The position numbers and the translations under genes were made by a program. Below are positions 12,619 through 25,600 of a stretch of 64,000 bases of DNA, in pieces. Source of the DNA: Felis catus (lineage: Eukaryota); assembly GCF_018350175.1 (NCBI RefSeq), contig NC_058368.1, positions 211,050,001 through 211,114,000 of the forward strand, read 5' to 3'. The notes below the pieces were generated by a model. The model saw only the letters and a list, made by a program, of their open reading frames with translations. It did no database searches and was not told the origin of the DNA. The first letter of the stretch is position 1; each line of letters opens with the position of its first letter.

Positions 12619-14253
12619 GGACACTTATTCTTGAGACATAGCCTCTAACATTAAACTTACAAAAATAATAGTTCTACAGTGAAATGAATTTCAATCTCAG
12701 CATCCAACTGCTTCATATTTTTATTAGTAGTCAATGAGTCTTAGGTAGAGGTGTTTGAAACATGATAACTTTACAAAATATAAAGTATTTGTAACCATAA
12801 TTTATTTCAAGACGACTGTGACTTAATTATTAATGTTTGCAGTGTCATTTATCAAGGAGTAGGAAGAAAAACACATAGATGCATCCAGTTGCAAGAAATC
12901 ATAGCAAGCAACCCTCTCTCTGTTTTAAGTGAAACCACAGTCCTTGCTTTTAAACACACAAAATTAAACATTTAGAGGTAAGAATGGTGAAAGGAAATGG
13001 GGCATACACACAGGGGTGTTTCTTTTATGTTAGAGTTATTAGTTTTTATAATTAAGTAATTTGGGTGGCAGAAGGGTTTTTCTCTCAGTTGCCCAGCATT
13101 GAGTGTTGCTTCCTACTCGATTAGTAGAAAAGGAATCCTGTTTTGCTCAAAGAGCATGCAATCTTGCAATTTAATAAGCGTGGGAGCAGGGCATCTTAAC
13201 CTCAGATCTGTGGACTCCCAGAAGGTCAATGGGACAGCAGGAGGGTGACAATGTCTCCTGAAGCTGGATGCAAAACATGGTGCGGATGAGGGTATGTTAA
13301 GTTTTTCTCTGCCTCCTGGAATGTGGGCATCCTCTCTGCCTGTCTCACTCTGACCTGGCCCTGAAGGCTCACCTCCCATCCTACCTCCTCCTAGAAGTCT
13401 TCTTCCAGCCACCGCACCCCCCATCTGCCCTGCTCCTGGGAAGATCTGCTACCCTTGGGTTTTTCTCATCTATATCATTCATCTTTCCTTTGACACCCTT
13501 TGATCTGATTTCCCAGTATATTGGGAGGTTCTGGAGGGCAGGTGCCATTTGTGTCTTCTTGCTGTTGTATTTCCAAAATAATGCACTGTAATGGGAGGAC
13601 TTGTGTGAGTATTTGGCTATGTGATTGCTATTGAGAATGTCTCAGTCTTAGAGGATCTCCCCCAGCACTGTCCACATGATCTGAAAAACCTCCCCAAGTA
13701 TCTCCCCTATTCATCTTGTTCCCACCTTCAGGCTAATAACCTCAGTAGATTATACTGGTGCTTCATGTTTCATTCCACATTTCACATTTCCATAATCCCA
13801 TTTCCATTATACATTTATCTCTTCGGTATGGAAGGCGAGTTCAGATCTGGACCTGGGCAACAATATTTCTAAATACTGTAAGATTGTCTGATAAAATTTG
13901 TCTGAGGTTGTAGGTAGTATTTGCTTAGTGTCATTGAATAATAAAGAAATCTCCTGAATATGCTTGAATCTACCCCCCCAAAAAACAGGTATTCACTAGA
14001 GAAATGTGCCTCCCTCTCCTTCAGTTACACCAAGATAAAAGTATTGAAGATACATAACATGAATGTAGAGGCCTTGCTTTAGATATGTATAAGGCACTCA
14101 GCATGTGTGTGCATAAGTGTATTTGCATACTTAATGCGTTTTTATACCATTTGTAAGCTATTTATTCTCCACCTCTGTTGTAGTACCTATCAGAATCTGC
14201 TTTATCTTAAAACTGTTTACATATTTGTTTGTCCTCCCTAAATTGGACATTCC

Positions 14254-14482
14254 GGGGCACCTGGGTGGCTCAGTTGGTTAAGCGTCCAACTTTGGCTCAG
14301 GTCACGATCTCATTGTTCATGGATTCAAGCCCCACATCGGGCTCTGTGCTGACAGCTCAGATCCTGAAGCCTACTTTGTGGATTGTATGTCTCCCTCTCT
14401 CTCTGCCCCTCCCCCACTCTCTCTCTCTCTCTCTCAAAAATAAACATTAAAATTTTTTAAATAAAAAATAAAAATAAATAAA
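14254..14482 (+). mobile_element. Can-SINE
   Basis: Typical head and tail; TSD TAAATTGGACATTCC. Confidence 0.95.
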
Positions 14483-16493
14483 TAAATTGGACATTCCAAG
14501 GTATGGAAGCCAGAACTCTTTTTTTACTTGGAGATATCCACTGGGTTGAGCATACACAGTACTTTGCATATGGAAGGTTCACAATAAATTTTGGCTTAAT
14601 TTGAAAGAGGACATTCATAGTAATATTGCATATTAGGAGATATTCATTCAAGCGCTACAGGCTTTGGCAAAAAAGCCATATCGAGTTCATGCTTACTTAA
14701 ACTGCTCTTTCCAGGCAGATAATGAGTATCAGGGAGGTTGCGATTGCCTATCAGCAGAAATGGTGTTTCTTCCCACTTGGAAAACATGGCCAGTGTCACC
14801 AACATGGACAGTTGTAAAGCAGAGAAGACTTGGCGTCCCAGTGGGCTGTAATTTACTTTCCTCAATTAATGAGCAGGCAGGTTCTTCCCAAACGATTCCT
14901 TAAAAGACCGTGTGTCTCTAAACTGTCATGGACAGAGTTTTGTTTTAGATTAAAGGCCAAAAACGATGCTTTCTGGCTCCATTCTACCCTTTGGCCAGTT
15001 TTAGTGCAGTTAGGTAGCACATCTCTTGCTCCACAGGAGCAGGTCCTGGTGACATCTGAGTCAGTTAAAGCCTTGGGTCAGGTTGAGTACTTTCATTTTC
15101 TGTCAAGCATCTCAGAAACCAACATCCCAGTGCAAATGGGACCAGAAAGCACCTATAAGAAGCACAGATTTCTGATTGAAGTGCCTTCAGGAGGGGTCTG
15201 AGAACTCTCTTCCTTCACCCACAACCCCACGACACCTTTTCTCTTAAATCAAAGTCAATATACCGAACTCTTAAAAGACTTTTCTAATTATGTGAAATTT
15301 TCCTCCCAGTGAAGAATGGGCTTCTTTGAAGTTTATCTAACCACAAAAACCTTTTCATATAGATGATCTCTGGGACATAGACCAGGCAGAAGGACTTGGG
15401 AACCCAATATATACTATTGTCTTTTCCTGATTTTAGGATACATGTGTCCCAAAGCACTTTATAAAACACAAGTCCAGCCACTTTCAAACTGAGGACACTA
15501 TCCACGTACTGCAGAATGAGTAGGCTTTTCTATCCCTACTTCATTTATAAGGTTTACCCAATAAGTTGCCCATTTCCCATCCTGTCTCATCCAGGTAGTT
15601 GGCTGCTCAGGAAATCTCCAAGAGTATTTACTGGTTAAATATCCAAGATCAGTGTTCCCTTTCTAGGCTCTAACACATAAACTAAATCCACTCAAGGTAT
15701 TTTTCTTCATCTTGCACAGATCTATGTGGGATACTGTATAATTTTGAAGTGCCTGGCAATTACTGTCCATTTAACATCCAGCTACATTCTATTTAACTCC
15801 AGTTTACTGTAGAGAGCAAGACAGTAACACATCTGATTAGAGTAACTACTCAGAGGAATTAAGTTATGGGTGTCTCTTAACATACGCTTAGCCTGAAGAA
15901 AAGCAAAAGCAGCTATCCAGATGTCTCAGGAACTACCAGGAGATAAAACTTCCCCTTAGATAATGATAATGTGGGCCGTCATTCTGGAGGGCTCTTCTGC
16001 CAGAAAACCTATCACGCTTTGTGACTACGGGTGCACTTCACTCTCAGGCCCCAACTCCACATCACAAGTTGTAAAGATTGTTAATACATGGGGAGGCTCC
16101 CAGAAAGAATGGTGGGTCTACTTGGTGAATCTATAAGGGAATTCATGGTTCACTCTTGACCTCGAAAAATGCAAATGAATAGGTAGTGACTCTGCAATGG
16201 AAATTAGGCAAAATGTAAGTTTATATTCCTTTCTCCAAAATTCCTTCTACCAAAATATATTATTTGGTATAAATTCGGAAGTTTTCCTTCAGCCTCATCT
16301 CTACCAGGTCAATGATGCTCATATTTCAGTCAGGATCACCTGCTTTGTTTGCAAACACCCAGGTTCCTAGGCTCCTTTTTAGAAGTTCTCAGTTGGTAGC
16401 ACTGAGGTAGGCCTCAGAACAAGCAGGTGTGGCTCCCCCATCCCAAGTTGATTCTGCTGCAGGTGAGCCTTCTCTTTAAAGACACACACTCTC

Positions 16494-16705
16494 GGGGCAC
16501 CTGGGTGGCTCAGTGGGTTAAGTGTCTGACTTCGGTTCAGGTCATGATCTCCTGGTTCGTGGGTTCAAGCCCCAGATCATGCTCTGTGCTGACAACCCAG
16601 AGCTTGGACCCTGCTTCAGATTCTATGTCTCCCTTTCCCTCTGTCCCTCCCCCCTCCCTCTTTCTCTCTCAAAAATAAACATTAAAAAAATTGAAAATAA
16701 ATAAA
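16494..16705 (+). mobile_element. Can-SINE
   Basis: GGGGCACCTGGGTGGCTCAG head, CT tract, A-tail. Confidence 0.93.
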
Positions 16706-16728
16706 GGCATGCATTCTCAGCTCTAAGC

Positions 16729-16915
16729 CAATGGTTCCCAAATTTTAGCATGCATCAGAATCTGAACAAGGAGAATTTATGAAGACACAGATTTCTGAGC
16801 CCCATCCTCAGAGTTTCTGATTCAGTAGGTCTTGGTGGGACCCAAGAATTTGCATTTCTCAGTCCTCAGGTGATGCTGATGCTGTTGGTCAGGGATCACA
16901 TTTTGTAAACCACAG
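16729..16915. mobile_element. MER5A hAT-Charlie MITE
   Basis: CAATGGTTCCCAAA...GTAAACCACAG termini, internal TTCTGATTCAGTAGGTCT...GAATTTGCATTTCT; 8-bp TSD CTCTA(A/G)GC. Confidence 0.85.
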
Positions 16916-17389
16916 CTCTAGGCTAAATTAACATGTCTGTTCAATGCAACACAAAAAAATTCTATATTCCCAAGGCCTTCAGGGTCCCCTCAAACCAGTC
17001 CCCTACCTACCTTTCCGTTTTCATGGGAATGCCCACTCTTAGAGGTACCTTATCACCTAGCCAACCCAGGCTCTTTGATGTTCCCTAAGGGTTCAGACGT
17101 GTTTGGGCTAATACCTCTGCTTGTAACATGGAAATCGTATGTGGTTTGCGAGGCTCAGCACAGATGATCTTTTTGAGAAGACTTCCCCTACCTCCTCTAG
17201 TCAAAAGAATTACTCCCTCCTCAGCATCCAGAGTACCCAGTATTTAGCACGGTTTTTACCTAGTTGTTTATATCTGTCTTCTCCACCGAATTTTTAGCTT
17301 TCAAGAGTGGGTTTCAGACAATTTAGCATTCTCCCTGAAGTCTGGCAGAAAGCATGCTAGCAGAATTAAAACTGAATTGACCTACGGCC

Positions 17390-19030
17390 TTTAATAAGTG
17401 TGGTGCACAGATCTCTGAGGGTACCTGAGACCCATTCAGAGCTGGGACTAAAAGGTCAAAACTATTTTCATAATAATAGCAGCACATATTGCTTTTTCGC
17501 TGTTTTGATATTTGCAGTGATGCATGCCATAATGGATAAAAGTGCTGACACTTTAGTATAAATCAACACGGGGCCCACGCTATGTTAGCAGTCACTGTGT
17601 TCTTCACAGATATGCATTCACACGGAAAAATCAAAACAGCCAGTTTGACTTAAAAACATCCTAAGGAAGCAGAAAACTCTATTAATTTTATGAAATAGCA
17701 AGCCTTGAGTACAAATCTCTTCTACTGTGTGATGGAATGGGAAGTTCACATAAACACTTTTCTTCACACCCAAGTGTAATGGTGGGAGAGGAGAAGCACT
17801 TTTATGATTGTTTGACCAGCAAGCTAAACCAGCTGCGTTTGGTGTTTTCAAAAAAACACCAGCTTTATTTGAAAGAAGGAATGACAAACTATGGCTATTC
17901 AGATTTAGGCATTTGACAGACACTATCTCAGAAATGATCAAAGTAAACCTGTCATGTCAAAAAAAAAAAAAAAAAAAAGACAACCAACCAACAGCATTTG
18001 TTGCCAATGGCAAAATTTGAGCTTTCTGGGAAAAATTAGAAAATTCATCACTATGAGCTTGACAGCTCCCTAATACTTGAAGACTTAAGGTATTAACAAA
18101 TGTGATTTTTTGATATCGTATGATGAAATGTGTCACCAATTGGAAGATGCTGATAATGCAGTGAACCAATAGTTTTGGTGTGACCAATGTGTGACGTTAC
18201 AGGGTCATGCACTCAAAGAAGACTCAGTCAAGGTGTAATGTATAACAACTCATTTTAGGGACACCTGGGTGACTCAGTCGGCTAAGCGTCTGACTCTTGA
18301 CTTTAGCTCAGGCCATGATTCCCAAGGCTGTGGGATCAAGCCCCACATCTGGCTCTGTGATGACAGTGTGGGGCCCGTTTGGGATTCTCTCTCTCTTTCT
18401 CTCTGCCCCTCCCCTGCTCGCTCATGCACTCTCTCTCTCTCAAAAGAAACATTTAAAACAACAACAATGCATTTAATAGAAAAGACTCCCAAGAGGTTAC
18501 TGATATGGTTTTAGATAGATTTCACATTACAAAAACACTTTGAAGGAACCTCTATTTGAGTTTAAGTGTAGTATCAAAGAACTACATCTATAATTATCTG
18601 AATAGACAATTTAAAATATAACAAATACTAAAACATCGTTTTCAACTATGTATTTGTATGAAGCTAGCTTTTCTCCACGTACTTCAAAGTAACATATCAA
18701 AACAGATTGAATGCAGAGGCAGATATAAACCCCAGCTGTTTCCTTTTAATCCAGATTCAAAAGAAACTTAAAAAATGAAAAACAATGTCACTCTTCACAC
18801 AATGGTTTTGTCTGAGGAATGTAACTTTTTTAATTAAAAAAAAAAAAACAGTAGATATATTAGCATGGGATATATCTTAATTTTAGAGGAATTAATACGT
18901 GACATTTTTATATATATTTAATTTCTAATAAGGTAAATATCTTCAGATGGAAATCCAAGCTTTTGGGGGTTCTCAGTGATTGTAAGAGAATTCAAATTTC
19001 CTGACACTGACACATCTAAAAGATGCCTCT
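17390..19030 (+). mobile_element. Charlie1-family hAT DNA transposon remnant, interrupted by a SINE
   Basis: GGTCAAAACTATTTTCATAATAAT near the 5' end; decayed transposase peptide KLWLFRFRHLTDTISEMIKVNLSCQ (ORF 17808-18020). Confidence 0.8.
18258..18458 (+). mobile_element. Older Can-SINE inside Charlie1
   Basis: GGGACACCTGGGTGACTCAGTCGGCTAAG head. Confidence 0.9.
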
Positions 19031-19176
19031 TCAACCTCTCCGCACACCAAACTGTAAAAGACATAGGCTTGCCTTCTCAAACATATCTGATCGGGTGGCC
19101 TGCAACGAAATCCTGAAAGCCATGGGGTAGCTTTTGCCTTTGTTGTTTCTGGTGGCCTTTGAAGAAGAGGTAGCCA

Positions 19177-19394
19177 GGGCGCCTGGGTGGCTCAGTGGGG
19201 TAAGCATCCGACTCTTGGTCTCAGCTCAGGTCATGATCTCACGGTTTGTAACAGGGAGCTCCACCTCGGGCTCCTAGCTGACAGTGCAGAGCCTGATTGG
19301 GATTCTCTTTCTCTCTCCCTCACTCTCTGCCCCTCCCCCTCTCGTCCACTCGCTCTTTCTCAACATAAATAAATAAACTTAAAAATAAACTAAA
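19177..19394 (+). mobile_element. Can-SINE
   Basis: Typical head, CT tract and tail. Confidence 0.92.
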
Positions 19395-19721
19395 GAGGAG
19401 CGGGCAACCTCAGCTTTTCTCGGAGTCTCTCATCCACTCAGGCATCCTGTGCCTGTTTTCTGCTGAAACTGCAATATTTAAGTCATTACTTTTCCATTTC
19501 CAGACAAGCTGGCATCATATGTCTTGGTCTCACTGAGGAAGGAAAGGTGATATTTTCTACTACAGAATGTCAAGCTCCAATGCTGCACTCCAGTTATATA
19601 AAATGTAATAGTCCAATGGGGGATATTGGAGAAAGTGTACACCAGACCTCTCTGTACTAATTTTTTTTTTGCGTCTTCTTGTGAATTTGTTAAAATAAAA
19701 TGTTATTTTTTTTAAATGTCA

Positions 19722-19957
19722 GGGTGCCTGGGTGGCTCAGTCGGTTAAGCATCCAACTGCAGCTCAGGTCATGATCTCGTGGTTGGTGACACAGAGCCCA
19801 GGATCAGGCTCTCTGCTGTCAGTGCACAGCCTGCTTTGGATCCTCTGTCCCCCTCCCTTTTTGCAGCACCCCCCCACTTGCTCTCTCTCTCTCTCCCTCA
19901 AAAATAAATATTTAAAAAAATAAATAGAATGTTTTTAAATAAATAAACTTTTTTAAA
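19722..19957 (+). mobile_element. Can-SINE
   Basis: Typical head; TSD-like AAATGTCA. Confidence 0.92.
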
Positions 19958-20571
19958 ATGTCAATCTCCAGCTAGCTTAGCTTGTGTGAGAGAGAGAGTT
20001 TTCTGCAGACCCTAACATTGTCATGTAGAAAGGGAGATCCTTCCTTGGCAAAGGTGCACATGAAACCCTTGTCCCAAGGTCAGAGATATATTTAGGACAC
20101 AGATGCAGTATTTTTCAAGCCATTATGGGGAATGGATGGGATTTCCTAAAAATTCTGTAAAAATATTTCCCTGGACCTGGTCTTAACTTACGTACTTAGC
20201 ATTGGCTCCTGTACCAAGAAGTGAGAATAAGAGAAAGGGAGAGAAAGGGACAATGCAAAAGATGATAGGAAAGAAGAAAGGGAGGGAAGGAAGAAAGACA
20301 AGAAGGAGGGAGGGAGGGGAAAAGAAAGGAGAGGAGGGAGGAATGGAGCAAGGCATTAACTGAACATGGCCACCAGGTTTTAGGCACTGTTCTTCATATG
20401 CTTTCTCAGAAAAGGGGACATCAGGGCATAAAAGTGTTGAGTTAGTTTCCCACTACCAAATAGCCAGTGAGGGATGGTTCCAGGCTAACTCTGTCCACAG
20501 CACATGTTCTTTCCAAAAACTGTCTTGCCTCTCTTCCAAATGCTTGCCAGCTTTTAATAGTGACAGAATGA

Positions 20572-20800
20572 GGGATGCCTGGGTGGCTCAGTCGGTTGAG
20601 CGTCCAACTTCGGCTTAGGTCATGATCTCACAGTTCGTGGGTTCGAGCCCCGCATCAGGCTCTGTGCTGACCGCTTACTCAGAGCCTGGAGCCTGCTTCA
20701 GATTCTGTGTCTCCCTTTCTCTCTGCCCCTCCCCTGCTCACGCTTTGTCTCACTCTGTTTCTCAAAAATAAACAAATTTTTTTTAAAAAATTAAAAAAAA
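20572..20800 (+). mobile_element. Can-SINE
   Basis: Typical head; TSD AATAGTGACAGAATGA. Confidence 0.95.
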
Positions 20801-21809
20801 ATAGTGACAGAATGAAACAAAACAACTTCCACAAACTAATGCAAATCCTCAAATACTTTCACTCTGTGGGACACAGATTTATGTACATCACCTAAAGAAG
20901 GTCCAGATCCTTTAGAAATATATAACAGAGAGAGAGAGAGGATGGCCTAGCTACTATTAAGTAAACCTGTACTAGGTTTATCATAAAATCACCAATGATC
21001 AGTAGTTTTATTAAGCGTTGGTAACATCTATTGAAAGCAGGGTAATGAATGGAATTTTTCATTCCAGGGAAGACTTTACACTAATACTTTGATAGCAAGC
21101 ATTTTAAAGGGCTTTTTGGGTGACAAGGAAGAAACATGGAGTTTTAGAAACATGTCTCTCAGATAGTTATAATTATCCCCACTTACTAGCTAAGGAAATG
21201 ACAGTCCAGAGAGATAAGTGATTTGCTTGTAAGTGGCCAAGCTTGATGGCAAGTCAAGATACTTTAACTCCCAAGCCCACACAATTAATCTCTACATATT
21301 AGCCAGCGTTATAATTAACCATATAATGTTGGCATTATCTTAAATCTGGACCATTATATATAATAATTAGAGACTACATAATTATATCTTAACAAGAGGT
21401 CGGTGTATACTACTATAATTATTATTATTCTAAATCAAATAAATTATTTTTAAGTCATTTGTAACTGAGACATATCCAAAATCACACAAAACACTCCCAC
21501 CTACTATAAGATTGAAGTAGAATGTATTCTCTAATAAAAACAACAATAACCAGCCACCAGTATGCACTTGGTATCTTTCTAAATTTTCTTGTAACTATTA
21601 TACCCATTTTGCACCCATTGTTTAGATGTGACTGAGGCACAGAGAGGCTATGGAATTTGTATAAGATCCTAAAATGGGTATATAAAGCTATGTTTCCAAC
21701 CAGCGCCTGTGCTCTTAAACAATGAGATCTATTAGTGCAAGCAAAACATACACATATGCATGCATGCACACAGACATACACACACATATTTAAGTTAAAA
21801 ATACAGGAA

Positions 21810-22560
21810 GACACAAGACTACTGGTATGGACTCATCAAAAATGTCAATGGCATGGGAGGCAGGATGATTGCTCTATAATAAAGATTAAAGACGAATGAC
21901 AATCAAATGCAAAACATGATCTGTAAAGAGATCCTGGTCTGGGGAAAACACAAGATACACAGGACATTTGGAGACAATTTTGGAAATTTGGGTATGGACT
22001 GTATATTAGATAATATTATTGTGTTAGTATTAAATTTCTTGAATGTCCTTTATAGTTTTGTGGTTATATAAGAGAATGTCTGTGTTCTTCAATACTGCCT
22101 GCTAAAACATTTGGGGATGTAGTCTTGTGCTATCTGCAACTTTCTATCAAATAGTTCTGAAAAGGGGCGCCTGGGTGGCTCAGTGGGTTAAGTGTCTGAC
22201 TTCGGCTCAGGTCATGATCTCACAGTCCGTGAGTTCGAGCCCCGCATCGGGCTCTGTGCTGACAGCTCAGAGCCTGGAGCCTGCTTCAGATTCTGTGTCT
22301 TTCTCTCTCCATTTCTCCCCCACTCACATTCTGTCTCTCTCTCAAAAATAAATAAAGCTTAAAAAAATAAAAAAAAATAGTTCTGAAAAGAGAAAAAAAT
22401 ATATATATACACACACACAGCGTGAGAGATAAGGCAGAGTGAAATTAGACAGACAACATAGATATGGATACAGAGAGGGGGAGAGAGATGTATTTATGTT
22501 GACAGACACACATACACACAGAACGAATGATAAAGAAATGTGGCAAATGTCAAATAATTG
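21810..22560 (+). mobile_element. Old L1 (L1MC/ME-like) 3'UTR fragment, interrupted by a SINE
   Basis: TGACAATCAAATGCAA...GGTATGGACTGTATATTAGATAATATTATTGTGTTAGTATTAAATTTCTTGA resembles old L1M 3' ends. Confidence 0.6.
22164..22377 (+). mobile_element. Can-SINE
   Basis: Typical head; TSD AAATAGTTCTGAAAA. Confidence 0.95.
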
Positions 22561-22667
22561 TATGTAAAGATTTCTTCCTCCCCAAAATCTAGGAAGTATA
22601 ACCCTTTTAGCTATTCACTCAGACTTTCCCTGGACTCCATTTTTCTCATATGCCAACTTGAATATAA

Positions 22668-22670
22668 ATT

Positions 22671-22714
<44 letters not shown>

Positions 22715-22781
22715 ATTCAAATTAGTTAACATATTGTGTAGTATTGGTTTCAGGAGTAGAATTTAGTGATTCATCATTTAC
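22668..22781 (-). mobile_element. Very short carnivore L1 3' end with a (TTTA)n tail
   Basis: (TTTA)n then TTAGTTAACATA...GTAGAATTTAGTGATTCATCA, the same 3' end as the L1 at 31076. Confidence 0.75.
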
Positions 22782-23187
22782 TCAAATATATATTCTTGCA
22801 AATATAAATTCTTGCAAAATAACTCTCCCTTGAAATCCTAAACAGATTAATTCCATTCTCGAGGTTCTAAGCTCCCTCCGCCCTGAACAGTTCATTTTCT
22901 CCTGGCTTATCTCTCTTTAAAAAACTGCATTTTTTTCATGTCTCATTCTGGATGAGTTGACTCATTTTACTCACTAAGGTGCTATTAAGCAAGGCAAGTG
23001 ATAAGAATGGATTATGGGTTCCTGGAATTGACTGCAGGGAGTAGTCTGCAGGACTTTAGGGATTTCCAAGATTCTCCCAGAAATGGAAACATTTAATAAA
23101 AGATCCATGTTTTTCACTATCGTTCTATCTGCGTTCTAGTCTCTCATTTTCTGTTGGCTTTTTACCAACAGGAATAAAGTTGGTTTC

Positions 23188-23224
23188 TGACAGGCAGGGA
23201 TACTCACCACTATACTAATGAGGA
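23188..23224 (-). pseudogene. Tailless tRNA-Asp(GTC) 5'-half retropseudogene
   Basis: Minus strand TCCTCATTAGTATAGTGGTGAGTATCCCTGCCTGTCA matches 35/37 of the 5' part of mammalian tRNA-Asp-GTC (both changes at CpGs); flanked by perfect 16-bp repeats TAAAGTTGGTTTCTGA (23175-23190, 23231-23246). Confidence 0.93.
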
Positions 23225-24189
23225 AGACACTAAAGTTGGTTTCTGAATTTGATATCTTGAGGCTTTGTTTTGGAAACTGTCTTCTGACTCAAAGCACTTT
23301 TCTAAAATCTCTAACTTGAAGCTTTTGTGGAAAGGAAGGGTATTCACAGATATCATCTTGGGTACCTTTGCAGAATCTTACGTGTGGATCCTGAAGAAAA
23401 TTGATGCAAATTATACCTACAGGTGATGAAAAGAGAAAGTATGCCCCTTATGAGACCTAATAGTGAGTTTTCAAAATATAGTCACCTTGTTTCTCGAACC
23501 AGTCAGCAAAAAGGGGAAAACACACATATCCTATTACTTCTAAATTTTATTTTTGCCCTTTGCTAATGACCATGGTGAATTTTACATCTTACCTTTGGTC
23601 AGTTGGTCTCTTACTTTCTCAAGTCATTTGATATTAGTTTCTTTGAGGTGTTATAAAATGAATGAGACAGAGGCCTGGAGGTGACACCAAGGACAAGCTT
23701 GTAGCAAGTGAACTTGCTTTTCAAAATGTGTGGAGTGTTGAAAACGGGTACTCACGGGGTCGCAATCACAAATCCACACAGCAGTCAGAAGGCAACATGA
23801 ACAACTTGAAATGAGTCTGTACATAAAAACTCCCCTTCCCTTTAACCATTAGAATCTTTCCATGGGTTCCCCTAGAAACGCGGGGCTCTCTCAGTTTAAC
23901 TTTTATTTTCTCACTTTGAATAGCAACCTGGACAAAGAAAAAATATTTGTCTAGTCTCAGAAGAACAATGAGAGTGAAATAATAAATAACAGCTGGCATG
24001 CACCTGGCTTCAGGGTCAGGGAGATAACAAGGAGCAGAGGAGGGAGCAGACACCATGTAAGAAGGGAAGCCACTGCTCAGAGTAAGGGGGCTGTCAACAG
24101 GTGGGAATGAGAGCCCTGTGAGCCCTGTGGAGACATTGGTTTGTTTTTCAAGAAAAGCTGCACAGATACATTTTAGGGTAAAATCTCCC

Positions 24190-24875
24190 AACTTTTAAAT
24201 TCCATATGATGCAGTAATCCCCTTACTGGGTATTCACCCAAAGGAAACAAAGACACTAAAGATATATGCACTTCTATGTTTATTGCAGCATTATTTACAG
24301 TAGCCAAGCTACGGAAGCAGCCCAAGTGCCCATCAATAAATGAATGGCTAAAGAAGATGTGGCACATATATTCAATGGAATATTATTCATCCACAAAAAA
24401 AAAGAATGAAATCTTGCCATTTGTGACAACATGGATGGACCTAGAAGGGGTTATGCTAAACAAAATAAGTCAGACAGAGAAAAGACAAAAACTATATGAT
24501 TTCACTTATACGTGGAATCCTCAAAAACAAAACCAACAAGCAGACTCTTAAATACAGAGAACAAAGTGGTGGCTGCCAGAGGCAGGAGAGGAATGCAGAG
24601 GTATAAACTTCCAGTTACAAAATAAGTCAGTCATGGAGATGAAAAGTTCAATGCAGAGGATATAGGCAATAATATTGTAATAACACTGTATGATAACCAG
24701 TGGTGATGACACTTAGTAACGTATACAATTATTGAATTATTATGTTGCACATGGGAAATTATATGATATATATTATAATATATAACATTATATATAATAT
24801 ATATAACATATATAACAATATAATATAACATTGTGCATTAATTACACTTCATTTGAAAATCAAAATAATAAAAAA
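24190..24875 (+). mobile_element. L1 (L1MA9/L1_Carn-like) 3' fragment
   Basis: ORF2 C-terminal remnant MFIAALFTVAK...KQPKCPSINEWLKKMWHIY followed by the 3'UTR. Confidence 0.9.
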
Positions 24876-24897
24876 ATTTTTATTTATTTAAAAAAAA

Positions 24898-25106
24898 TTT
24901 TTTTTAACATTTATTTATTTTTGAGACAGAGAGAGACAGAGCATGAACGGGGGAGGGTCAGAGAGAGGAAGACACAGAATCTGAAACAGGCTCCAGGCTC
25001 TAAGCTGTCAGCACAGAGCCCGACGTGGGGCTCAAACTCACGGACCGCAAGATCATGACCTGAGCTGAAGTTGGCCGTTTAACCGGCTGAGCCACCGAGG
25101 CACCCC
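24898..25106 (-). mobile_element. Can-SINE
   Basis: Reverse-complement SINE ending GGCACCCC. Confidence 0.93.
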
Positions 25107-25367
25107 TAAAAAAATTTTTTAAAGCTCTCAATTTTTGAAAAAAAAGTACATGAACTGCATTCAATTTCATTGCTAATGTTGCCATTTATAGCCTCTGCTT
25201 CATACATAAATGAAGTGACATTCTATCAGACATCAAAAACTGCATCATGTGATTGGTTCAGATTGCAATAGCAGCATTAGAGATTTAACATAACCAAAAG
25301 TATAATTTCCTGGAAGATTTGTGTAGTTGATGAAAATGGCAGTAGCCCCCTTTTTAAAAAGGTGTTT

Positions 25368-25600
25368 GGGGGCGCTTGGGTGGCTTAGTTGTTAAGCATC
25401 CGACTTCGGCTCATGTCATGATCTCACAGTTCATTGGTTCGAGCCCCATGTCGGGCTCCAGGCTGACAGCTCAGGGCCTGGAGCCTGCTTTGGATTCTAT
25501 GTCTCCCTCTCTCTCTGCCCTTCCTCCACTCATGCTCTGTCTCTCTCTCTCTTTCAAAAATAAATTAACATTTTAAAAATATTTTTTAAGTAAACATTCT
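25368..25600 (+). mobile_element. Can-SINE
   Basis: Typical head, CT tract and tail. Confidence 0.92.

Noticed and set aside
23188..23224. Functional tRNA-Asp gene
   Set aside because: Lacks the 3' half and B-box; flanked by TSDs
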